A stretch of DNA of 64,000 bases from Candidatus Sericytochromatia bacterium (lineage in GTDB: Bacteria; Cyanobacteriota; Sericytochromatia; UBA7694). A model generated the notes under the pieces. The model was not told where the DNA came from. It did no database searches and saw only the letters and a program-made list of their open reading frames with translations. The stretch is from NCBI GenBank assembly GCA_044356335.1, contig JBIKWL010000005.1:10946-74945 (forward strand). Reading direction: 5' to 3'. This document shows, piece after piece, positions 1 through 8,521 of this stretch. How positions within the stretch are numbered: position 1 is the first letter of the stretch; every line of letters begins with the position of its first letter. The position numbers were made by a program, and so were the translations under genes.

Positions 1-2
1 GG

Positions 3-695
3 CCTGCCGAAAAGGGCCAAACCCCACGCGGCGACGCCCTGCTGCAATGGCTGGTCGAAGACTTACACCCCCAATTGGTCGAACAATTGCGCATCGACGA
101 CCGGCCCGAAATGCGGCTCGTGGGTGGCTCTTCTTTGGGCGGTCTCTTGGCATTGTATGCCGGGTTCAGCTACAGCGATTTCTTTGGCAAGGTCATGTCT
201 ATGTCCCCTTCGCTTTGGGTCGGCAATGGCGCCATCTACGACTATATCGCCGAGGCGGCATTTTTACACAACCTGGATTTTCTCAAATTGTATATCGACT
301 GCGGGGCGCTCGAAGACGACGATGATCCCGAAGCCTGGAGTGATGAATACTGGGAGGAATCCGCGGACGACGACAATGCTGACGACAACGCCGACGAAAC
401 CACCCCCACAGAAACCAAGTCGGCTGCCGCCTTCTCTGTTCCCAATCAGGCAGCAAGCGACGACGACAATGAAGATGAAGACGAGTCAGAAGAGGACGAG
501 GAAGAGTGGGACACCGACCCGCTTGAAGACGCTGAGTATTTGATTGAAATCCTCGAAGCCAAAGGCTTTGAAGACGGCGAGCACTTTCTCTGGGTGCCCG
601 ACCCCGAAGGCGAACACAACGAATGGCATTGGAGCAAACGCCTGCCTTTGGCATTGGCTTGGCTTTTTGAAGATGACACCTCACTGTTAAAATAG
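3..695 (+). CDS. Putative esterase (alpha/beta hydrolase, enterochelin-esterase-like). 5' end truncated by the window edge. Carries an Asp/Glu-rich low-complexity insert.
   Basis: GGSSLGG (GxSxG) nucleophile motif. The ORF is open to the window start. A D/E-rich stretch spans about residues 75-150. Confidence 0.55.
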   Translation, partial: PAEKGQTPRGDALLQWLVEDLHPQLVEQLRIDDRPEMRLVGGSSLGGLLALYAGFSYSDFFGKVMSMSPSLWVGNGAIYDYIAEAAFLHNLDFLKLYIDCGALEDDDDPEAWSDEYWEESADDDNADDNADETTPTETKSAAAFSVPNQAASDDDNEDEDESEEDEEEWDTDPLEDAEYLIEILEAKGFEDGEHFLWVPDPEGEHNEWHWSKRLPLALAWLFEDDTSLLK

Positions 696-819
696 AGCAT
701 CTTGCTCTCCAAGGAAGCCTTTCACATATGGAATTTGCGACACCGATCTTGATTGTCTTGGCCGCAGTGGCCCTGTTTTTGGCGCTATTTAGTCGCAGTG
801 TAAATAAATAGCGCTTGTT

Positions 820-2241
820 TTAGGCGCGCACGAGGATCCTGCCCCAACAGGCATCCACAGGCAAAGGTGAGCAAGTGGGCCCCAGCTCAAAGCTTTGGCC
901 GGGATGTAAAAGATCGCGATACAAGCCAGGTTTGATACCTGCCGACAGGGGCAAAGCCACAGCCTGATCGGCCATATTTACAGCCACCACCAGGTCTTGG
1001 CTTCCCTGAAGTGCAAAGGCCAATTGCTCCGAGCGCACACACAGGGGCAAATATACGCCCTGAAAGTATTCTGAATGGGTTTTGCGCAAGTGAATCAGGC
1101 GCTGAAAATCCTGCCAGAGAGGGGATGTTTGGGCTTGCTCCCAAGCGGTCTGAACGGAGAGTGCAGGGCGCAGCGGGGTATCGTCTCCCCCGCGTTTTTC
1201 CCCCAAGAGGCCCCATTCACTGCCGGCATAAAGCGAGGGAATACCGGGCATGCTCATCAGCAACAATGAAAGCGGAGCGAGGTGACGTTTGTTTTTGAGC
1301 AGGCTGGCCACGCGGTTGACGTCGTGGTTGTCGGCAAAATTATACAGCGGTTTTTCACGGCACAGGCCCCCTGCCCCAAAGAGCCGTTCCAGGGCATGGG
1401 ACAGTTCAAAATAGTTTTTGTCGTTGTGGGCCGAGTGCAGCGCTTTGTAGCCTTCGTAATTGGTGACCGAATCGAGTAAGCCGGGTTCCAAATAAGAGCG
1501 ATAACCACCGTGAATCACCTCACCGAGCAGCCAAAAACCGGGTTTGATGCGCTGGCAATGCAAGGCCAAGGCCTTTAAAAAATCCGGTTCCAGGGCATAA
1601 GCGACATCCAGACGCAGGCCGTCGATTTCAAATGCATGGATCCAGCTCGAAATGGCATCAAAGAGATAAGCCTGCACTTCTGGGTTACGCAAATTGAGCT
1701 TGACCAATTCGCTGTGACCTTCCCAACAGGCGTAGCCAAAGGCATCACCCTGGCTCAAGTGGCGGTTAAAATCCAGCTCAAACCAGCCTGTGTAGCGCGA
1801 ATGTCTGCCGTTTTGGCGCACATCGGCAAAGGCGAAAAAATCCCGGCCCACGTGGTGAAAGACCCCATCGAGCAAGACCTGAATGCCCGCAGCATGTAAA
1901 TCTCCGACCAGAGTTGTGAGATCGTGGTTCTGGCCCAGGCGGCGATCCAGTTGAAAATAGTCCACGGTATCGTAACCATGGCTCATGGATTCAAAGACAG
2001 GCCCCAAATACAGGGCCTCAATCCCCAATTTTTGCCAATAGGGAACCCACTCGCGCAATTGGGCCAAACGCGGGACCGGGGCGGCGTGGGGGGTATTCTG
2101 GGCCGGTGCCCCACAGAGCCCGAGCGGATAGACATGGTAAAAACAGGCGGGCATAAAGGGCTTGGGGTCTTGAGCGCTGAGTGGGTGAAAAACCGGCTGA
2201 ATAGGCGATTGAGACTGAATCTGAGTGGCTGTAAAAGACAT
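820..2241 (-). CDS. Alpha-amylase family glycoside hydrolase (GH13)
   Basis: Carries the conserved GH13 blocks DGVFHH, GLRLDVA, EVIHG and NHD. Confidence 0.75.
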   Translation of the reverse strand: MSFTATQIQSQSPIQPVFHPLSAQDPKPFMPACFYHVYPLGLCGAPAQNTPHAAPVPRLAQLREWVPYWQKLGIEALYLGPVFESMSHGYDTVDYFQLDRRLGQNHDLTTLVGDLHAAGIQVLLDGVFHHVGRDFFAFADVRQNGRHSRYTGWFELDFNRHLSQGDAFGYACWEGHSELVKLNLRNPEVQAYLFDAISSWIHAFEIDGLRLDVAYALEPDFLKALALHCQRIKPGFWLLGEVIHGGYRSYLEPGLLDSVTNYEGYKALHSAHNDKNYFELSHALERLFGAGGLCREKPLYNFADNHDVNRVASLLKNKRHLAPLSLLLMSMPGIPSLYAGSEWGLLGEKRGGDDTPLRPALSVQTAWEQAQTSPLWQDFQRLIHLRKTHSEYFQGVYLPLCVRSEQLAFALQGSQDLVVAVNMADQAVALPLSAGIKPGLYRDLLHPGQSFELGPTCSPLPVDACWGRILVRA

Positions 2242-2330
2242 AAAAGAGACTCCTTGAGAGATGTTTAAAAATACAAAGTGATTTTCTATACCTACCGTTT
2301 GGTATAGTTCTGTGAAAAAAAATTTAAAGC

Positions 2331-2933
2331 TTACAAAACGTAGATCCCATACATATAGTGTTTGACCAATTGGTGGATTTCCTGTCCCGAAAAGCCGACA
2401 CCGGTGCGAGCGGCATCGCGCTTTAACAGCGCCAGGGCCTGATGATTTAAGCTGCCGGTTAAACTGCTTGCCAAAAAGACGGCATGGCCGCGCAAATTGC
2501 CGTGTTGAGGCACCGCCTGTACAAACAGTGTTTCGAGCAGATTGTGCAATTGCAAACGAAAGGGCTGAATCAAAGGCTCTGTTTCGTGTTCGGCGGGCAG
2601 GTAATTCATCGAAAGCATCAGGTAAAAAAAGTCGGGTTCGGCCTGGGCACTCTCGAAATAGGCGGCGGCCACCTGCTCCAAGCTGGCGATCAGATCGCCC
2701 TGGTAATCCGCAGCCCGCTGTAGCCGTGCCAGAAAAGCCGGGCTGTAGGTCGCCAAAATGGCGCTGAGCAGGCCCTGTTTATGGCCAAAATAGTGGTAAA
2801 GCGTGGGTTTGCTCAGGCCCGCCGCAGTCACGATCTCCTGCACACCCACGGAGCTATAGCCCCGGCGGGCAAAGAGCGAAAGTGCTGTTTGCAAGAGAAT
2901 TTGGCGATTGTCTGAGCTGGATGATTTTGTCAT
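2331..2933 (-). CDS. TetR/AcrR family transcriptional regulator
   Basis: N-terminal HTH matching the TetR signature (LFARRGYSSVGVQEIVTAAGLSKPTLYHYF). Confidence 0.8.
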   Translation of the reverse strand: MTKSSSSDNRQILLQTALSLFARRGYSSVGVQEIVTAAGLSKPTLYHYFGHKQGLLSAILATYSPAFLARLQRAADYQGDLIASLEQVAAAYFESAQAEPDFFYLMLSMNYLPAEHETEPLIQPFRLQLHNLLETLFVQAVPQHGNLRGHAVFLASSLTGSLNHQALALLKRDAARTGVGFSGQEIHQLVKHYMYGIYVL

Positions 2934-2990
2934 GGATTCATTCTATACCGATTGGTATAGAATGGCAAGCAAATATCTCTAAAGCAGTTT

Positions 2991-3623
2991 TTATAATAAT
3001 TTAAAAATGCCTTTAAGGGCTGTGCGGATCTTCTTTTCGGCATCCGCAGGCAAGAGCCAAACCTTGTCGGAGCTGTCCCAGCGAGCCCCATCAATTTTTT
3101 TGATCAGGCGGATGCTCTTGGGATCGTAAGGTACCCCCAGCGCCACGCAGCCCTCTTGTTTGTCAAAGGTCACGCGTGGGTGTTCAAAATCTGTCGCCAG
3201 ACTCTCCAGTACCATGTCCACCATTTCGAGCCGCATTTCTGCGCGGGCCTCAGCTTTGGCGGCTTCACGCCGGAAAAATTCGCGCAGACCCTCAACGGTA
3301 TCGCGCACGGCATAGAGATTGCGTGGCGTAATCGGCAAAGACCAGGATTTGTCCGAGGGGTGGTATTGCGCGCCCTCAATATGTTTGATCGAGGCAACCG
3401 CTGTTTTGTGGTACGGAAAATTCAGACCCAAATCGGTGTCGCTGAGCGTGACCGCCACTTCGTCCAGTTCGCCTTCGAGTGGGGCCAGAACCAGGGCAAC
3501 CAGATCTGGGGAGAGCTTCTCGGCCTGGGCTTCTGCCGCCTCTCTCTCGGAGTCAGACAGATCCGAAACCAACGCGTACGGGCTCAACATAAATAAGCGC
3601 CTCTTTTTCACAGATATATACAT
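2991..3623 (-). CDS. Hypothetical protein with an internally duplicated about 20-aa module (GAxY/WxxSDKxWxLP)
   Basis: Long ORF. The motif occurs twice (IEGAQYHPSDKSWSLP and IDGARWDSSDKVWLLP). I recognise no known domain. Confidence 0.45.
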   Translation of the reverse strand: MYISVKKRRLFMLSPYALVSDLSDSEREAAEAQAEKLSPDLVALVLAPLEGELDEVAVTLSDTDLGLNFPYHKTAVASIKHIEGAQYHPSDKSWSLPITPRNLYAVRDTVEGLREFFRREAAKAEARAEMRLEMVDMVLESLATDFEHPRVTFDKQEGCVALGVPYDPKSIRLIKKIDGARWDSSDKVWLLPADAEKKIRTALKGIFKLL

Positions 3624-3682
3624 ATTGTATCACAATGTATATATCTGTGTGCAGCTGAGCGACCTGCGCGAACTGCGCGAAC

Positions 3683-4501
3683 TTAAGCGGCCCGGAGCTG
3701 GTTGACCCGTTCCATAAAAGCTGCGGTGCGGTCATAATCCACCCCGTTTTGCCATTGGCCCAAGGTCTTCAAATCCGAGCCCACGATCAAGGCATCGGCC
3801 AAGGGCAAATAATCGTGTACATTTGCCCGGCTCACCCCCGAGCCCACCAAGACAGGCAGATCCACGCCTGCTTTGACAGCCTTGAGTTCTGCAAGATCTG
3901 CCGTTTTGCCCGTGGCGCTGCCGGTCAGAATCAGTCCATCACTGCGAAAAAAGGACGCGGCCTGGGCTGTTTCGACAATATCCACATCTTGTGTCATCGC
4001 GTGGGAGCTGTGTTTCTTTTTGATATCTGTTAAAACCAAAATATCTTGGGCCTCGATCTGCCGCCGGTAGCGCAGGAGTTCACCGGCACAGGCCTGCATC
4101 TGCCCTTCGTCAGCGATATGGGCAAAGACAAAACCTTCAGCGCGAATAAATTGCATGCCAGCAGAGGCAGCCACCGCCAGCGCGGCCTGATTGGCCCCCG
4201 CCAAAATCTGAATGCCACAGGGCACAGCTCCACAGCGCTGCTTGACGGCATGGGCCACAATGCTCATTTGCGCCACAATTTCGGGCCCCACCTCGCGGTT
4301 GAGATAGGGCAAATCGTGCATATTTTCAATCATCAGGGCATCGACCCCTGCGCGCAAATAAAGCTCAACTTCTGCCAGGGCGGCATCCAAAACCGCAGCT
4401 GCTGGCCCCTGATAAGCAGGGGTACCCATCAAGGGCAAAAGGTGAATCATCGCAATCACAGGCTTGGGGGTGGTAAAAACCGTATCAAAACGAGACATCA
4501 T
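3683..4501 (-). CDS. BtpA/SgcQ family TIM-barrel protein
   Basis: Global similarity to the BtpA family (PF03437-like), including VIAMIHLLPLMGTP and the LVGSGV C-terminal block. Confidence 0.65.
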   Translation of the reverse strand: MMSRFDTVFTTPKPVIAMIHLLPLMGTPAYQGPAAAVLDAALAEVELYLRAGVDALMIENMHDLPYLNREVGPEIVAQMSIVAHAVKQRCGAVPCGIQILAGANQAALAVAASAGMQFIRAEGFVFAHIADEGQMQACAGELLRYRRQIEAQDILVLTDIKKKHSSHAMTQDVDIVETAQAASFFRSDGLILTGSATGKTADLAELKAVKAGVDLPVLVGSGVSRANVHDYLPLADALIVGSDLKTLGQWQNGVDYDRTAAFMERVNQLRAA

Positions 4502-5262
4502 CGTTCAACCTCTTCATCTTTTTTTAAAAACGGCGCAGCCAAATCGCTGTTGTCGAGCACAACACGGGCCCAGCGCCAGGGCTCGCAGCGCTGCAGATAC
4601 ATCTGTTGTCCCTGCACATAACGCCGTTGGCCGGGGGCTTCGGGGTCGGGGTCACTGCCATCACGTTGGGCCAGGCGGGCCACAGAAACGGCAAAAGGCA
4701 CGTCCAAAAACAGCGAAAAATCCCAATAGCTGCGCAATTCAGGTCGGTGCAAAAAAATGCCGTCCAAGAGCAAAACAGCGCCCGCTTGGGCCTGCTGCCA
4801 AGGCAAATCCAGGCGCTGATCCAAACGGTGATCAAAAACCGCCGGGCGGTAAGCCAAATTGCCCCCTGGCGAAAGCGGATCGAGCAGATTGGCTTTTAAT
4901 TGAGAATAGTCATACGAATCCTCAAAAAAGCCCAGAGGGGAGTCTTTGCCCTGCCGGTAGCGCAGAACACGGGGGTGGTGAAAACCATCCACCGAAGCAC
5001 GGATCACCGGCACTCCCTGAGCCAGCAAAAGCGCTCCCAATTCATGGGCCAGCGTGGTCTTGCCCGCCCCATCCACCCCATCGATCGCCACCCGCAATAC
5101 AGGCTGGGGTTGAATCCGCCTGATCTGGCCCAGCACTTGCGTTAAAACCCACGAACGCGACACGTTTAGCGCTTTCCGGCTGAGAGACAGGCATCCCGCA
5201 GTGCAAAGAACTGGGTGCGGTGGGCGTCGATCTGTGCTGGCTGACAGTTCAGACAGCGCCAA
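4498..5262 (-). CDS. P-loop nucleoside/uridine-kinase-like protein (PRK/Udk family). The start codon is uncertain and is probably downstream of 5262.
   Basis: Walker A motif IDGVDGAGKTT followed by kinase-like blocks. The stop overlaps the BtpA-gene start by 4 bp. The annotated start would overlap the upstream LRR gene by about 97 bp. Confidence 0.5.
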   Translation of the reverse strand: MALSELSASTDRRPPHPVLCTAGCLSLSRKALNVSRSWVLTQVLGQIRRIQPQPVLRVAIDGVDGAGKTTLAHELGALLLAQGVPVIRASVDGFHHPRVLRYRQGKDSPLGFFEDSYDYSQLKANLLDPLSPGGNLAYRPAVFDHRLDQRLDLPWQQAQAGAVLLLDGIFLHRPELRSYWDFSLFLDVPFAVSVARLAQRDGSDPDPEAPGQRRYVQGQQMYLQRCEPWRWARVVLDNSDLAAPFLKKDEEVER

Positions 5263-6131
5263 GGTTTGCCTTTGCCGGTTAACATCACCATCGTCGTTGA
5301 CTGTTTACAGGTTTTACACAAAATACCCTGATAAGCTTCACTGACAGGCGCAAACAAATCACAGTCCACCTCAGGCAGCAGGGCAGCCAAACGGGCGATT
5401 TCTTCCATTTCAAACTGATTGGAAAGCAATAAATACTTGAGTTTTGGCAAATGTGTCAGGGCATCTAAGCTGGGTTCTTCCAAAATGAGGGTCGTCAGCA
5501 TCAGGCGTTTAAGCTGTGTAAGCCTGGCAAGCGGTGCCAGATTCTTGATTTTGACTTTTTTTAGACTGTTGCGCTGACCCGTAATGCTCAGCGACTCCAG
5601 CGCGGTCAGGGGTTCGAGAAAACGCAAATCGCAGACCCCTGGGTTGTTTTCAATTTCGAGATCCACCAGCGTCGTCAATTGGCTCAAAACCGATATGGGC
5701 TCAGCAGAAGGGGCACTGCCCAGATGCAAATGCCTGATTTTTTTTAATTGCAAAAGCGGTTCCAGAGAGCGAAGCGCCCCCCATTTGATATACAGGCTTT
5801 CCAAATGGGGCATCTGACAGGCCGCTTCAAACAGCTCTTGGGTCACTTTGGTCTGAAACCAGAGAATTTTGACCGAATCACAGCTGGGCAGCTTTTCACA
5901 CCAAGCGGCCACCAACTTCTTTTGCTGAGACGCGGGCAAATCCGTTTGGGTACAGGCCAAAGACAGGCGTTCTCCCCCCTCAAAATCTGCCGGGTCTCGC
6001 GGTGAAGGCGGTGGAAAATTCAAAGCCGGGCGATGATACCAATAGCTTTGCCAAGGATGAATCTCCAGGCTGCGCACCGCTATCTCGGCTTTGATCCCCT
6101 GAATAAATTCCTGGAAGACGCCGTTACTCAT
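5166..6131 (-). CDS. Leucine-rich-repeat protein with a C-terminal CxxC...CxxC zinc-ribbon
   Basis: Repeated LxxLxxLxL segments (LESLYI, LRSLEPL, LHLGS, LVDLEI, LESLSI and others). C-terminal CKTCK...CLNC. Confidence 0.5.
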   Translation of the reverse strand: MSNGVFQEFIQGIKAEIAVRSLEIHPWQSYWYHRPALNFPPPSPRDPADFEGGERLSLACTQTDLPASQQKKLVAAWCEKLPSCDSVKILWFQTKVTQELFEAACQMPHLESLYIKWGALRSLEPLLQLKKIRHLHLGSAPSAEPISVLSQLTTLVDLEIENNPGVCDLRFLEPLTALESLSITGQRNSLKKVKIKNLAPLARLTQLKRLMLTTLILEEPSLDALTHLPKLKYLLLSNQFEMEEIARLAALLPEVDCDLFAPVSEAYQGILCKTCKQSTTMVMLTGKGKPWRCLNCQPAQIDAHRTQFFALRDACLSAGKR

Positions 6132-8305
6132 TCAGGCCCATTTAGGCCCAAGACCTTTAAAAAGAAGGCATATTTAAACGCCACCTCTTTAAGGTAATCA
6201 TAACGGCCAGAGGCACCCGCATGACCGGCACTCATATTGGTGTGCAACATCAGCAGGTTTTGGTCGGTTTTGGTGGCGCGCAGCTTGGCGACAAATTTGG
6301 CGGGCTCCCAATACTTTACGCGGGGGTCGTTGAGGCCTGCCAGCACGAGCATATTCGGGTAGTTTTTGGCGGCAATATTGTCGTAAGGTGAGTAGGTCTT
6401 GATATAGTCGTAATACGCCTTTTGATTGGGATTTCCCCATTCGTCGTATTCGATCACGGTCAAAGGCAAACTCGGATCAAGCATGGTGCTCAGGGCATCG
6501 ACAAAAGGCACATCGGCGATCACGCCTTGAAAGAGATCCGGGCGCAAATTGGTCACAGCCCCCATCAACAGGCCACCGGCGCTGCCACCTTCAATCACCA
6601 GCTTTTGGGGCGAGGTAAAGCCGTTTTTGATCAGGGCCTCGGCACTGGCGACAAAATCGGTAAAGGTATTGCGTTTATTGAGCAATTTGCCATTGAGGTA
6701 CCATTCACGGCCCAGGTCTTCACCGCCGCGAATATGGGCCAGGGCGTAGACAAAGCCGCGTTCGAGCAAGGCAATTCGGTTGGCGTCAAAATCTGTGTCG
6801 GTGCTGGAGCCATAGGCCCCATAGCTGTAGAGCAGGGTTGGGTTTTGTCCCGTCTTTTTGAGACCCCGTTTGTAGATCAGCGAAACCGGCACACGCACGC
6901 CGTCGGGGGCTGTGGCGTAGATCCGCTCAGTCACATAGCGGCCCGCATCATACCCAGGCACCGGGGATTGTTTTTTCAGGGCCAATTCCTGGGTATTCAG
7001 TTCGATGTCAAAGACCGAAGGGGGGGTCAACATCGAGGAATAGCCGACACGCAGCAGATTGCTATCGTGGTCCTGTTCAGCAGCGGGCCAAAGCGAGAAA
7101 TGGTTTTCAGGAAAGCGCAGGGTAATCTGTTTGTCGGTCAGCAGGTGTTTGACCCGCACCTCTTGGCGCGCGTCTGTACGGTAAATCAGCGCGGCCCAAC
7201 TGTCAAAGACCTTGACCGATTCCAGCTTGGCCCCCTTTTGTTCGGGCACAAAATCTTTCCATTGGCTGCGAGCAGGATTGGCAATCGGGGCCTGTTTCAG
7301 GCTGAAATTGAGCGAGCCATCATTGCTGTGAATCAGAAAACGCGGGCCGCTGTCCTCTACATGGTATTCCAGGCCTTCGATCCGGGGCTGAATCATCACG
7401 GGGGTGCTGTCGGGCTGATTCGCAGGGATATAGCGGCATTCAGTTGTGGTCAGACTCTCGATCTGGAGGATTAAATATTTGCCACTGGCGGTTTTGCCAA
7501 TATTCACGTTATAGCGTTCATCGGGCTCTTCAAAGACCAAAGTGTCTTTGGCGGCCTCTGTGCCCAGGCGGTGGCGGAATAGGCGATAAGGCCGATTGGC
7601 GGCGTCGATCACGTTATAAAAGAGGGTTTGGCTGTCAGCGGCCCACTCGACGGTGTAATAGGTATTGGGAATGCGTTCAGCCAGCAATTGCCCTGTCTGC
7701 AAATCTTTGACCATCAGGGTAAAGGCCTCTGCTCCCGTGGTATCGAGTGAATAGGCCAAATAGCGCTGATCGGGGCTCACCTCATAAATACCCAGGGCCA
7801 TAAAATCCTGGCCTTTGGCCTCGGTATTGAGATCGAGCAAAACCTCTTCAGGACCATTCATACTGCCTTTGCGGCGGCAATAGACCGGGTAATTCTGACC
7901 GGCATCAATGCGCGAATAATAAAAATAATCGCCCTTTTTGCGTGGCACGCTCTGATCTTTTTCAACCATGCGGCCCACCATTTCTTGATAAAGGGCCTTT
8001 TGCAAAGGCCGGGTATCTGCCATCTGGGCCTCGGTATAGCTATTTTCGGCCTGCAGGTAATTTAAAACACGGGGGTCTTCGGGGTAATTGCGCAGCCAGA
8101 AATAGGGATCTTCGCGGTTATCACCGTGTAAGCTGAGGGTTTTGGGCTGAAGAGGGGCCTGCGGAGGCTGCGTTTGTGCAGCCTGGGCGGGAAATGGGGA
8201 CAAGGTCATGATTAAAACTCCTGTGAGAAAAGTGGAACGAAGCAGTTGCAGGGTCGGGGCCAAGGGCTGAAACCGGGTATTTTTCCGCATCAGATTGATC
8301 CTCAA
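6128..8305 (-). CDS. ptrB: Oligopeptidase B (protease II), prolyl oligopeptidase family S9A, with an N-terminal signal peptide
   Basis: Strong collinearity with PtrB. GGSAGG serine motif and the S9 C-terminal catalytic domain. Hydrophobic N-terminus. Confidence 0.8.
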   Translation of the reverse strand: MRINLMRKNTRFQPLAPTLQLLRSTFLTGVLIMTLSPFPAQAAQTQPPQAPLQPKTLSLHGDNREDPYFWLRNYPEDPRVLNYLQAENSYTEAQMADTRPLQKALYQEMVGRMVEKDQSVPRKKGDYFYYSRIDAGQNYPVYCRRKGSMNGPEEVLLDLNTEAKGQDFMALGIYEVSPDQRYLAYSLDTTGAEAFTLMVKDLQTGQLLAERIPNTYYTVEWAADSQTLFYNVIDAANRPYRLFRHRLGTEAAKDTLVFEEPDERYNVNIGKTASGKYLILQIESLTTTECRYIPANQPDSTPVMIQPRIEGLEYHVEDSGPRFLIHSNDGSLNFSLKQAPIANPARSQWKDFVPEQKGAKLESVKVFDSWAALIYRTDARQEVRVKHLLTDKQITLRFPENHFSLWPAAEQDHDSNLLRVGYSSMLTPPSVFDIELNTQELALKKQSPVPGYDAGRYVTERIYATAPDGVRVPVSLIYKRGLKKTGQNPTLLYSYGAYGSSTDTDFDANRIALLERGFVYALAHIRGGEDLGREWYLNGKLLNKRNTFTDFVASAEALIKNGFTSPQKLVIEGGSAGGLLMGAVTNLRPDLFQGVIADVPFVDALSTMLDPSLPLTVIEYDEWGNPNQKAYYDYIKTYSPYDNIAAKNYPNMLVLAGLNDPRVKYWEPAKFVAKLRATKTDQNLLMLHTNMSAGHAGASGRYDYLKEVAFKYAFFLKVLGLNGPE

Positions 8306-8521
8306 ATTGATTTTTTTTCAGTGAACCACAAAAATTGACCCGATCACAACTGTAGGCCTCCCAGACAAGGCCCAAAATAGATTGAGGATTCTTTCTTGAC
8401 GAATGGGCGGATCCTTGGCTATGCTTATAATTGACGCGGTGTGTACAAAGATCTTCAATCCCTTTTTTGCGCTTGTCACACAGCTACTTGCAAACGAACT
8501 CGCGATTTGAAAGGTAATACC

